A stretch of 64,000 nt of DNA from Antedon mediterranea. Taxonomy: Eukaryota; Animalia; Echinodermata. A program made the translations under genes and the position numbers. Positions 49,294 through 61,593 of this stretch are shown here, in pieces. The notes under the pieces are model-generated. The model had not been told where the DNA came from. It did not search any database and worked only from the letters and a program-made list of their open reading frames with translations. Positions within the stretch are counted from its first letter, which is position 1. Every line of letters begins with the position of its first letter. The stretch is from the NCBI RefSeq assembly GCF_964355755.1, contig NC_092678.1, forward strand, positions 8,262,422-8,326,421. The letters are read 5' to 3'.

Positions 49294-51634
49294 CTAGACC
49301 ACCGGCAACAATAAATGAATCTTAACAAGTGATTTAAAACGGTTATAATTGTTTTGTTTTCTTAATTCATAAGGTAGGCCATTCCAGAGTGAACTTCCAT
49401 AATAAACAAAACTACGTTTGTATATTTCGAGGTTACATCTGGGCAAATACAACAGATTATTTTCATAGTTTCTGGTTTGAATATTGTGTACACTACTAAT
49501 ATATTGCAAAACATCACATAAGTATGAAGGTACAGATTCTTGTAAACATCTAAATATTGTACAAATTGTATGATATTCAATTCTTGTCTTAATTGTTAGC
49601 CAACCTAAATCATAATGCATTTGTCTAACAGGAGTTCGAATATCAGCACCTAGTATTAATCGTGCAGCTCTATTTTGTACCCTTTGCAATTTTAAAATAT
49701 GGGCGTTTGAACCAGTACCCCAGACTGTTGAAAAATAGTCAATATGTGATAAAAATAGAGCATTGTATAATCTTTTAATAATTTTAGGAGATGTAAAACT
49801 TTTCAATCTATAAAACAGATGTAGAATTTTTGATAGTTTTGCACATATAGAATCAATATGTACTTTCCATGAGAGTTGTTCATCAAATGTAAGTCCCAAA
49901 TATTTAAACGTTTCAACTTTCTCAATCGGAATGTTATCAAAAATTACTGTTTCATCTGTTGTTTTATTAACACGTGCATGAGTACCAAAAAGCATGTATT
50001 TGGTTTTATCAATGTTTAGAGTTAATTTATGTTTATCTAACCATTGTTTTACATTTTCCAACTGTTCAGTTAAAACTGTTGTAAGCTCTTCATTTGATTT
50101 ACATGCATAAAAAAGCGCAGTGTCGTCTGCATAGAGGACTGTTTTACAAATCCCATCAACACTATCATGTAAGTCATTTATGTATAAAATAAACAACAAA
50201 GGGCCAAGAATTGAGCCTTGTGGTACCCCATAGTTGACATTTAAAATTTCAGATTTTTTTCCATTAAAATTAACAAATTGTTTGCGATTTTTTAAATAAT
50301 TACTGAACCATGCAAGCTCAGTGTTTATCATTCCAAAGGTGCATAATTTACGTAATAAAATATCGTGGTCTACCGTATCAAACGCCTTTTTTAGGTCAAG
50401 AAAAATTGCTCCAGTTACCAAGCCATTATCAATATTTTTATATATATAATTGCATACATCTATCAGTGTAGTAGAAGTTGAATGTAACGACCTAAAACCA
50501 GATTGATTTTTACATAATAAATTAAACTCATTTATATGATTCATAACTTGATTATGGATGCATCTTTCAAAAACTTTCATAACAATAGGTATAACAGATA
50601 TTGGACGGTAGTTGTTAAGTTCATGTTTACATCGTCCTTTATAAAGCGGAGTAACCTTAGCACATTTCCATTCACTTGGAATAACACCAGATCTTAATGA
50701 CCAGTTAAACAAAAAGGCAAGACTTTGAGAAATTTGTGAAGATGCAATTTTAAGTAACCTAGCGGAAATCCCATCAATTCCAGTAGCTTTTCCAATTTCT
50801 AACTTTTCCAACAAAGCTTCAATTTCATTTCCATTAATATCTTTAAAGTTGAAACGTTGTTGAAATTGTGATAACGATTCAACGGTAATATCGTTTTGGT
50901 TGTCATTAAAATGGGATGCAAGTTCATTAGAAATTGAGCAAAAATATTTATTAAAATGATTAGCAATATCAGTTGGATTGTTTATTTCATTACCGTTTAC
51001 ATTGAGAGTTGTTTTAGTTTGTTTCTTTTTATTGGGTAAAAAGTCTTTCATGGTTTTCCATAATGTTTTAGTGTCATTAACATTATCCTTTAATTTATTA
51101 TTTATATAGTCGCGTTTTAGTGATTTAGACAAATTATTTAATTTATTTCTTGCCTTTTTGTAAGAATTCCAATCATCTATGTTCTTAGTTTTTTCGGCTT
51201 TTTGTTTTAAATAATCACGGTCACGAGAAAGGGAAACAAATTCGTCTGTAAGCCATGGAATATCAGTTCCCTTCCTCCTGACCGTCACCATAGGAGCATG
51301 AATATCACAAATATCAGTAAAAATGTGTTTCCAAATGTCCCAAGCCTCGTCAGCATCCTCGGACGCCTCACAAATACTCCACGGAGCAGATGCAAGATCA
51401 GAAATAAACAAATCTTCGTTAAATTTCCGGAAGGTTCTCGTATGTAAAATACGCGGGGGCAATTTTATTTTAATTTTTTTACGTATTGCATATATCAATG
51501 AGTGATCGCTAATTCCAATTGGTACAACTCCAGTTTTGCTTATAAAGTCATCCCTATTTGAAAAAATTTAATCAATACAACTACTACTGTTTTCCGTTAC
51601 GCGCGTTGGAGTTTTAATATACTGGTTTAATTGG
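49294..51634 (-). pseudogene. L2-like LINE ORF2, C-terminal part (end of APE + RT)
   Basis: PTRVT..ISDH upstream of ORF 49294-51498; NYRPIS, DLKKAFD, GVPQGSILGP, YADD. Confidence 0.92.
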
Positions 51635-51651
51635 AAAATGTTTAATTAATG

Positions 51652-54600
51652 ATGACAAAGATGAACCTGACAATGTACAAACCGTAATTGACGTGTTAGA
51701 AGACCTGTTAAATAAACCGTCTACACCTAGAGATACCTTAGGCTCGATTGAGTTGGAGGAGAAGGTTCAGTTGATCATGAAAGATGCCATTGACAGAGTG
51801 AAGTCAGTCAACTGTGAAGACGTGTCTAACAAGATAAAGAAGGATAAAAGGAAAGTAAAACAACGGGAAAAGAAAAAAAATGACAAACCTGAACAAGAAT
51901 CGACGACAGAAAAAACAAACAAAGCTAGCAAAGGAATGAGACCAATAACCGACTTTACCACTACTACTGCTGTTACCGGAGATCAAGAAGTCGAAAGCGC
52001 GAATGAAACATCTGCCGCAATTAGCAGACAGAACTTTGCTACAAGTAAACGAAAGAAGATTACGGTGAGCGGTGAGTCAAAAAATGCAGAAAAAAAAGAA
52101 AAAAAATCTGACTCGGTTAGCTAAGGAATCTTGCAAAATTCTGTAATCAGCAATACCGTCTTAAGGTAATGCATTTTTGTTTTTAACTATAATAATAGAA
52201 ATATTTTATATAAATATAAAAAAAAAAAATGAATAGACCTAAACTATCTAATGATCATCTACAGTTAGTTTCTCTTAACATTAGAGGTCTAAGAGATGGA
52301 AAAAAAATAAGGAAATTTTGTCAATGGTCAAAAGACCAAAGGTCCGATATTATTTTATTACAAGAAACTCATTTTGATAAAAAATCAATTCATATATTTG
52401 ATGCAGCTTGGAAAGGTAGATTGTACCATAGTTATGGAACGACCAATAGTAGAGGAGTATCCATTTTATTTAAGAACGGTTTAGATGTAAAAGAAATCAT
52501 TCATAAGTATTCTGACGAAGATGGAAGAATTATTATACTTGGTATATTACTTAAGAATAAACAAATAAATCTTATAAATGTATATGCACCAAATAACTAT
52601 AAAGAGAGATCAATTTTTTTTAAGAAGCTTGACAAGAAAATTGATAATCTTTGCAATGTTAAAGATGAGCATATAATAATGGGGGGTGACATGAATTGTG
52701 TTTTACAACATAATGCTGACCAAAGAAACAGCCTGTATCTAAGCTATGACAAATCTCCTGCAATTTTAAAAAAATGTATTAATAAATCAAAGCTCTGTGA
52801 TATTTGGAGAATAAGTCATGAAACAAAAACCCAATTTACTTGGAGACGTAAAAATACATATAGAAGGTTAGATTACTGGCTGATATCTAGAGTATTATAC
52901 AAACATGGTGATGTTATTGACACCGATATCAGACCTTCTGTTCTTTCAGACCATCAAGCTATTTCGTTGAAAATTATAAATAGTCATGAAAAAAAAGGAC
53001 CTGGAAATTGGAAATTCAATAATAGTTTTTTGGAGAATAAAGATTTTATACAAAGCATTTTAAATATTATTGAAAATATTAAAAAAAATGAAAACAAGCT
53101 TAATCCAAGTCTCTTATGGGAATACCTAAAAATTAAAATAAAGGAATTCTCGTGTAAATACGGAATAAATAAGAAAATGCAAAAAAATATAAGAAAGAAT
53201 ACATTAATTAAAGAAGTGTATAAGTTAAACGATGAGCTTGATGGTGCGTATGATCAAAAGACAGAAAAGATATTAAATAACAAATTAAACGAGCTAAACC
53301 AAATTTATACATCTGAAGCAAAAGGAGCACAAATTAGGGCTCGAGTAGAATGGACTGAAAAAGGAGAAAGAAATACTAAGTTCTTTTTAGGTTTAGAAAA
53401 AAACAAGGCTAAGAAAAAACATATTACGTCAGTACTTAAACCAAATGGAAAAATTACGACAAACACCCAAGAAATTCTTAACGAGCAAGTTAGGTTTTTC
53501 AAAGAATTGTATAAAGAAACCCCTTCAAACCAGGAAAATATTAATAGTTATTTTGGTAGTACTAAAATCAATACACTGTCATTTGAAGAAAAGCAAAAAT
53601 GTGAAGGTATGTTAACAAATTATGAATGCAAGATGGCTCTTTTACACATGAAGTTAAATAAAAGTCCTGGTACAGATGGGCTAACAGTCGAATTTTATCG
53701 CACATTCTGGGATTCCTTAGGAAATTTATTGTGTGATTCTGTTAACTTCAGTTTCTTGAATAAAAAACTGACATCTTCGCAACGTAAAGGTATTATTTCA
53801 TTACTGTATAAAAAAGGTGAAAGAGAGAAACTTCATAATTGGAGACCTATTACTCTTTTGAATATTGATTATAAGATTATTGCACAAGTGTTAGCCAATA
53901 GGTTACATTCGGTCATTAGCTCCATAATTAATAATGATCAAAAGGGATATATCAAAGGCAGGTTCTCTGGTGAAAGCATAAGATTAATAGAAGATTTACT
54001 TAATTATAGTGACGTACATAAACAAGAAGGTGCTTTGATTTTTATAGATTTTGAAAAAGCCTTTGATTCTGTAGGCAGATATTTTATGTTTAAAACTTTA
54101 GAAAAATTTGGTTTCGGTATTCAATTTATACAATGGGTTAAAGTTATGTATAACGATACTGAAAGTTACATTGTAAATAATGGATGGATGTCAGAAGGTG
54201 TTTTAATGAATAGAGGAATCCGTCAAGGTTGTCCACTCTCAGCACTTTTATTTATTTTAGTAGTCGAAGTTATGGCAACAAATATAAGAAATAATCATTT
54301 GTGTAAAGGTATCAATTTGCCGTCAGTAACTAATGAAAATGTTAATGTAAAGATTGCGCAATTAGCAGACGATACTGTGATTTTTGCCAAGAATGAAAAA
54401 GCCATACAAAGTTATTTTAACGAAATAGATTGTTTTTGTGAAATGTCAGGTCTGATGCTAAATAAATCCAAGACAAGGGGAATGTGGATTGGTTGTGATA
54501 AAGAGAAAATTAGTAACTATTGCAACATTACCTTTAATCAAGAACCTATTAAGTTTCTAGGTATTTACATTGGTTATGATAAGGATATTTGCAATACAAA

Positions 54601-56320
54601 AAATTGGTATGAGAAAATTGAAAATCTAAAAAAGATCCTTAAAACTTGGGAAAAAAGAAAAATATCATTCTTTGGGAAAATAACGGTAATTAAAACGCTA
54701 GCGTTATCAAAACTTATTTATAATGCAAGTGTCACAGACTTGCCAAAATCTATTATTCCTGAAATAAACAAGATTTTATACAACTTTTTATGGAGTGGTA
54801 ATAAAGAAAAAATTAAAAGAAATACTCTGATACAAAACATTGAAAATGGTGGGATTAAAATGATAGACTTTAACTCTATGATTGAATCTTTAAAGTTAGG
54901 CTGGGTAAAACGTTTACTAAGCCCGGATCCAGGAAAGTGGAAATGTATTCCATTATACAATTTATATCCAATTGATTATACATTAAGTATGACGGAAGCA
55001 AACTTTGAGAAGCATAATGCACTCAAATATGTGAATACATTCTATATAAATTTGCTTAAAGCCTGCATACGGTTTAATAATATTTATACTAAAAAACCTC
55101 AATGTATATGTGAAATAAAAACTCAGAGGTTATGGGAGAATATATATGTCATGCATAACAAAAAATCACTATTCTGTAAATCTTGGGTGAAATCAGGTAT
55201 AAAAACAGTAGGAGATATTATGGATAAGTCTAGATTTAAGCATATTAATGAAATAACTCCACTGTTGAAACGAAGGGAAAATGCATTTTTAAAATATATG
55301 GCACTAATTGACGCTATTCCAAGAAACTGGAAAGTTATAGTGGTTGAGAAACCCTATTGTTATATACATAAAGAGGTTGATACAATAGACAAAAATGTTA
55401 ATGTTACTTCAAATTATACAACTGTCAAACAATTCTATTTCACTTTTACCGAGGTAGCATATAAAGCGTGCATACCAAAAGCACAAGATAAATGGGAAAA
55501 CCAACTTCAAAATTGTTTTATCGACTGGAATCTATGTTGGAAAAACAAAGTTAAGAGTATGTTGCACATAAAAAGAGTGGCTTTCTTTAATTTTAAGTTG
55601 CTACATAAAATTTTACCAACTAGGTGTAAGCTAAAATTATGGAATTTGTCAAACAGTAATTATTGTGAATATTGTAATGAGGAGGTTGAAAATGAAAAGC
55701 ATATGTTATTTACATGCAAAGAAGTAAAACATTGCTGGGTAAAATGTTGCGCTATGCTGAAAACATGTTTTGCATTTACTCAGGAAGTTACATGGGAGAA
55801 AATTTTACTAGGAAAATATGATGTCAAAATTAATGAAATATTTTCCATTTTAACTTTCTGTGTTTATAAAAATAAAGTCAAACACAGACTAGGACTTGTT
55901 AAAAAATGTCCATGGTTAATGTTCACTGCGGAGTTAGAAGATATAATCAATTGTGAGTTTTTAATAAATAAAGAAAAGGCAAAAAAAATGTGGTCAGATA
56001 TTGACCGTAACAATTTAGCAAGGTATAAAATTAACGTTTATAAAATTGATATTTAGGTAAAGTAAAATATAACTTGCCTGAAAGAGATAAAAAGAGTTAT
56101 AAAATTAAGAATTCTGTGGTAAATTATACGTACATTGTTAAGGATTGAAAAATGTGTAAAGAGTGTATAACATAGAGGAATTTTTTTGTACTGAAAGTTA
56201 GTTAATGTCAATTATATTGTATTGTATCATTACATTACTCATGTGCTCAATGTACTCATTGTAAACGAACATTTATTGATGAAGAAATAAAAGTGGGTCG
56301 ATCCTACATAAGACAAAAAA
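51652..56320 (+). mobile_element. 5'-truncated Tx1/L1-clade LINE
   Basis: ORF1 tail 51652-52124, intact ORF2, 3' UTR with AATAAA and poly(A). Flanked by a 17-bp duplication AAAATGTTTAATTAATG (51635-51651, 56321-56337). Confidence 0.92.
52229..56056 (+). CDS. Tx1/L1 ORF2: APE endonuclease + RT + CCHC zinc finger, 1275 aa, uninterrupted
   Basis: SLNIRGL, LQETH, NVYAPN, GGDMN, RLDY, SDH; KSPGTDG, DFEKAFD, GIRQGCPLS, LADD; CEYC..EKHMLFTC. Confidence 0.95.
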   Translation: MNRPKLSNDHLQLVSLNIRGLRDGKKIRKFCQWSKDQRSDIILLQETHFDKKSIHIFDAAWKGRLYHSYGTTNSRGVSILFKNGLDVKEIIHKYSDEDGRIIILGILLKNKQINLINVYAPNNYKERSIFFKKLDKKIDNLCNVKDEHIIMGGDMNCVLQHNADQRNSLYLSYDKSPAILKKCINKSKLCDIWRISHETKTQFTWRRKNTYRRLDYWLISRVLYKHGDVIDTDIRPSVLSDHQAISLKIINSHEKKGPGNWKFNNSFLENKDFIQSILNIIENIKKNENKLNPSLLWEYLKIKIKEFSCKYGINKKMQKNIRKNTLIKEVYKLNDELDGAYDQKTEKILNNKLNELNQIYTSEAKGAQIRARVEWTEKGERNTKFFLGLEKNKAKKKHITSVLKPNGKITTNTQEILNEQVRFFKELYKETPSNQENINSYFGSTKINTLSFEEKQKCEGMLTNYECKMALLHMKLNKSPGTDGLTVEFYRTFWDSLGNLLCDSVNFSFLNKKLTSSQRKGIISLLYKKGEREKLHNWRPITLLNIDYKIIAQVLANRLHSVISSIINNDQKGYIKGRFSGESIRLIEDLLNYSDVHKQEGALIFIDFEKAFDSVGRYFMFKTLEKFGFGIQFIQWVKVMYNDTESYIVNNGWMSEGVLMNRGIRQGCPLSALLFILVVEVMATNIRNNHLCKGINLPSVTNENVNVKIAQLADDTVIFAKNEKAIQSYFNEIDCFCEMSGLMLNKSKTRGMWIGCDKEKISNYCNITFNQEPIKFLGIYIGYDKDICNTKNWYEKIENLKKILKTWEKRKISFFGKITVIKTLALSKLIYNASVTDLPKSIIPEINKILYNFLWSGNKEKIKRNTLIQNIENGGIKMIDFNSMIESLKLGWVKRLLSPDPGKWKCIPLYNLYPIDYTLSMTEANFEKHNALKYVNTFYINLLKACIRFNNIYTKKPQCICEIKTQRLWENIYVMHNKKSLFCKSWVKSGIKTVGDIMDKSRFKHINEITPLLKRRENAFLKYMALIDAIPRNWKVIVVEKPYCYIHKEVDTIDKNVNVTSNYTTVKQFYFTFTEVAYKACIPKAQDKWENQLQNCFIDWNLCWKNKVKSMLHIKRVAFFNFKLLHKILPTRCKLKLWNLSNSNYCEYCNEEVENEKHMLFTCKEVKHCWVKCCAMLKTCFAFTQEVTWEKILLGKYDVKINEIFSILTFCVYKNKVKHRLGLVKKCPWLMFTAELEDIINCEFLINKEKAKKMWSDIDRNNLARYKINVYKIDI

Positions 56321-56337
56321 AAAATGTTTAATTAATG

Positions 56338-56975
56338 TTCCGAGAATGCTGTTTATCAAATATATTCCAATTTAAGTCACCAACAACAATATTCTCTCTT
56401 ATACTATCTAGTATAACAGATATTTGATCATGCATTATATCAACAAATCCAGTACACGAATTTGGTGGTCTATAAACATTACCTATAACGAACGGTTTAG
56501 TGTTAACCGGCTTAATTTTTATCCATACCGATTCAATTGTATTTTCACCAAAGTCAATGACATCAAAATCAACATTTTCGTTTACATAGATAGCCACCCC
56601 ACCTCCGTGTCTATTTCTGTCTGTTCTAACTAATAGGTATCCTGGGATTGCAAGTTCACTATTATGTATATTTTGATCTAGCCAGGTTTCACTAATTCCT
56701 AAAACATGGAAACGGCATTCCGAAAGTACACTCCGAACATGGTCCACCTTATTATAGAGACTTCTGACATTTAAATGACCAATTTTAAAACCCTTTGTAC
56801 AATCAATCTCGCATAATTTGCATAGTATGCCAAAAGCAGGATAAACAATAGAGTCGTTACGTAATTCAGCGTCGTCTACGTCGTTGTCTAAAAGGCTTCC
56901 CGTACGATGTTCGTTTAACAATTGAATTGGTTTAAATGGTTTATTACATGCGTTACAAATAAAATCTAAAATCAT
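56338..56975 (-). pseudogene. L2-like LINE ORF2 N-terminus (APE endonuclease)
   Basis: HLNVRSL, ISETWL, DRNRHGGGVAIYV, YRPP, GDLN. Confidence 0.9.
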
Positions 56976-57607
56976 CTTATCTACATAAAATACAATACAG
57001 ATTTAGGACATTTAAAATTCTTACACATTACCTTTTACATTTAGGTAATTGTTTAAGATCGGAAGTTCTGGATAAAACAACTTTCTCGTTACTGCCAGTG
57101 ATTATGGTATGTATGCGACCATCTTGTGTCCAAACTGCAGATACCACTGATGCATAGTTTTGCTTTACAGTACGTAGTAAACTTGATCTTTTGCTCGTAA
57201 GGTTTTCATGAATGTAGATATGGCTCCCCTTTAATTTTTTCTTTGCTCTATATACTTCATTTCTAACATTATACGAACTAAACTTTACTATTATTCCTCT
57301 TGCTCTTCCGTTTTTCTTAACTTTTGGCCCCAATCTATGACTCCTGTCTATGCATGTTTTATCTACTTCTACGCTTAGCTTTTTCTTAAACAAATCCAAA
57401 ACTATATTGTCTGTTATCTCACCTTGTTTCTCTTCTATTCCTTGAATAATCAAACAGTTCCTTCTTGAATATTGTTCTGCTTCATCTAGCTCATATTGTA
57501 AGTTCTCTACCTGTTGTTCTACTTTGCTGAGACGATCTTTAGTATCGTCAAGTTCGAAACGTATTGCTTCAATTGCTGCATCCGTTACAATTTGTGTAAT
57601 GCTTTCA

Positions 57608-60600
57608 CAGTGGGAAAGCCACTTCGCGTTTTGACCGTTAAATCGTGTAAAATCGACTTACTTCCGCATTGACGATTTTGAAGCGCCACCTATCGTTGAA
57701 AACTGAAACCACGATTTTTCGTCGCCTAGCAAATAAGTGCTGTTTTATTTTAAGCTCTCATGAATATTTAAGAACCGCCCAACATTACCTATTATGGTAA
57801 AAGCATTTCCTAATAAGTATAATTGAATAACCAATCGGTTTCCTTCAAAGAAACCGAAGCTAATACAATACATTCGGCGACTGAAGTCGGGACTCGTGAA
57901 ATTTATAAATGTGGTACGATTTGACTACTGTTTTGTTGTCCATTTTCTGAATAGTCGGAGGTGCATCCCAACAAATTAAAAAAATTGTAATCAATTGTTT
58001 TATCAAGAATAATATTAGTTTAATCGAGTATGATATATTTCTATCCTGTTCAAAATGTGTTGGTGTATTCTCAGGCCTCGAAAGGTAGGTACATTTTCTA
58101 GCTGTGAGCGTGGTTTCGGCAACGCGAGACACGTGTGTCAGTATAGGCGATAGCGAGACGTGTGTTGTACCATGGAGTAAAGCTCCATGGTTGTACTGTG
58201 TTGATGCTGATCCGATAGTCGTTAAGTTGTACTGATTACGAGTATCATTGGTCCTGGCCGGCCTAGCCTGGTGATCTGATCGGGATCCCCCCAAAAAAAT
58301 ACTTTTTTTCAATCAGTATTAATATTATTATTTTATTTTTCATTTATTATTTGATTTATTAGGCTCAATAGATGCCTAGCTAGGCTACTAGTAGGCCTAG
58401 ATTATATACAGCCAAATCAAAACCAGGCATTTGTCGTAAATGTGACATTTTGAGTTTTAAAGATATTTGTACAGAGCACATAATTTGCTTTAAAATACTG
58501 AAAAAATTATTCAATTTGGTCAAGTATTTTTAGAGTTATGATACAATAAGTAAAGAAATACAAGTAAGAATTAATTTTTATTTAGCAGTGAAAAATGCAT
58601 TCAAAGATAAACAATAGTTCAAACAGGAAGTTTAAATGTGCTGGCAGACAGCGACTCATGTTCACCTTGACAACGCTAACTTCTAGTATACCTATGACTT
58701 TGAAATTTAGCACAAATGTAACTAATACATTTTTCTATAATCATTGAAAATTTCAAAGAAATCCAGTAACATTAACATTGTCAAATGAGACTTCAAATAA
58801 CAACATACGTTAGTAAACTTTTTTTTACTAAACTTATGTTATGTGTGAGGCTTGTAATAACTATAATAAGTACTATTAATAAAGTGACAATAAAAATACA
58901 ACACATAGAAACGAACCAAAATTAAAGATACACAGACAGTTGATTGTGTTTGATGTGTTTAAATTTATTTACAATTGGTACACTTTAAATTATAACATTT
59001 TGGTCATTTCAGGCTGCGTGTTACAACAACAGTATTTTCATCTTTTGTGCCGGGTCTTTGAAATACATACATATTTTTCTATACAGTTATTTCACGGTTT
59101 TATTCAGGGTTACGTTGCATAATAGAATACATGTTTCATGTGTCAGAATCAAAGTCATTTTTGTAAAGTTATATTAAGCACCGTATCACCATTATTGGAG
59201 TTGTTTGAGAAGAGAAAGTAGCAACAGCATCACCACCACTGTCAAAACTATTGGTATTACATTACAGTATTACCAATCAAGATCTGAAAACAGAATGAAA
59301 AATTAAATTAAACTTTTTTAAACACATTAAAAAATCATTTTTTTCGCCTAGGCCTAGACCAAGGTATGCTAGGTGGTTTTACTAGGCTAACTTGAAGTAC
59401 TAAGCTGGCATACAGTTCATCTCTTATCTTATGCCTAGGCTAGGCCTAATATTTTGATCAAAAGTGTTTCTGTGTTCACCAAACTGAGTGTGTCGCGCTA
59501 GAAAGTCATTTCGTACTTTCTAACCTCTTGTTGTTTATGATTCGCTAGCGAAGCCAATATTTCTACTTTTCATATTATATAAATCATTAAACTATTCTAT
59601 GTTGATTTATTATTATCTAGGATGCATAAATAGCAAGTATAAATTAATATTGAATGTTTTTTACAGTAAAAATGTTTTGTTAAAACCTTACCGCTTCCTC
59701 AGTGTACTTTGAATAGCTGTTAAAGGCAAATTTAACGCTTCAATGACTTGAGCCACTCTGTTAGCCAATCAAATTGCCTGTTTCAGGATTCCGTAGCAAC
59801 AAGACTGGTTTGCTTATACCAAAAGGTTATTAAAGAATGTGTTTGATTGGCTATACTATTATTTTATATGACCTACAACCTTTATCTTTGGAAAGATTAT
59901 TTCACCAGCTTTCTAAAAATACCACACATTAAGGGGTCTTCTCATAATCAAAGAGGTAAAAGTTGGTTAGAAATAGACACAAATTACAGAATAGAACTTG
60001 ATTTTTTCACCAAAGACGAAAAAGGGGGTCTCATTAAAATGTTATTTTCATTGATTTATACTTATAATTTCTTTAAAATACATAGATTTTTGGAATCTAC
60101 GGTAAATTTTCTGTAAGATTATTTAAAAAACTAAAAATGGTCAAGATATAGGTTTTACACATTCAGAAGCATTTTACAGAAATCCCTTGCTGCCGACAAA
60201 CGCCTGGTTTTGGTTTGGCGGTACACATTAATAATAATAGTAAATAAAATAAAAAAATAAAATACAGCTTCCATTTGCCTTACTTTTATGTCATCATATA
60301 ATATTATAATTATATATACAACCAGACATTAACATTTTTTTTAAATAATATTTATTATTTTTTCTGACACTTTCAGGAATCGTTGATGATGCAGAGTTCT
60401 TTGTCTTTGTGACTTCAAACTGAGAGTGAAGTGGATAAAAAGATGACACCGGTACCTACCGACATTGTCATACCCAAACTATAATTTAATTATTTAAAAA
60501 CAAAATGTTGAATTACAAATATATAATATGTATGTTGTTTGCAGAGGATTTAGATGAATTACAATACAAATATTTATGTTGAATGCAAACCTACTACACT

Positions 60601-61593
60601 ATACTCTGTAAATTATGTTATTGTCATGTGGTAGACCTTAAAAATTGAATATTTATTGTATGTTAGGCCTATTTTATATTTTATTAATAGTAATACTGTA
60701 TTAGTTTAATATTACTATTAATTTTGTACATGTTTTTACCCCAAAAAAATGAATAAATAATTTGTTATTCAATCTAATTGCTTGTTTGCTCATCAATAAC
60801 AAAACAATTGTAAGCAAGTATATAACAGTTCTTGTTAGCCGCTTATTTCAGGTCATATTATTAATATTAGCTAGGCCCGATCACAACGTCACTAAGTGAC
60901 TTTCCGCCCCTGGAACAATCGCTCGCTAATAGGGCTAGGCCTCGGACTCGTATAAAAGCTATTATAATAGTTATGATAAATATTCCTCAACTAAAATGTA
61001 TATAAACAAGTAATAATATATGTTGTATTGGAATGTATTTATTTATATGAATTCTTATACGCGGACAATTATAAACATCGCGTATATCGTTCGCTATAAA
61101 TAAATTCATAAACACGATGACGATGTGTTTACAAAATGGCGGTTTCGCTAGTTTTCGATGGAACAAATAGTGGTACCTTTAGTTTGAATAGTCGGAGCTG
61201 CATCCCAACCACCGAATTTTGTATCTTAATATCGTATTCTGTAGATTATTAATTTTTCTAACAGGGATTTTAAATTCAGGACTGTTCAATTTTTCTAAAT
61301 ATTTTATTTTAATGATTTTCTAGGGTACAATTTCGGAAAAAAGACATTGGTTGATTTTGCCGTTAAATTACAGATTATCGTTTTGTTCAAATACATTTAA
61401 TTTTACATGACAATATATTAAAACCATTTATGAATTTATTTCACTAACAACATTTTTCCGATAATCAACTAAATTTACAAATATTGTGTTTTTCCAACAC
61501 CCTAAAATTTAGCAATTTTGAACTAAATTAGAAAAGTAGGGCGCCCTCTCCGAGTCGAAATTTGACACGATTTGTCGACTGGCTGTCCCACTG
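57608..61593. mobile_element. ~4-kb non-autonomous DNA transposon, unclassified
   Basis: Ends CAGTGGGAAAGCCA / TGGCTGTCCCACTG, with TTCA on both sides. Removal restores the ORF1 frame. Confidence 0.82.
58405..60225. mobile_element. Probable nested TIR element
   Basis: TACAGCCAAATCAAAACCAGGCATTTGTCG versus CGACAAACGCCTGGTTTTGGTTTGGCGGTA inverted ends. Confidence 0.6.

Noticed and set aside
58930-59290. Possible Cys-rich exon remnant of a transposase on the minus strand
   Set aside because: Stops in all frames and no recognisable motif; cannot be supported without a search.
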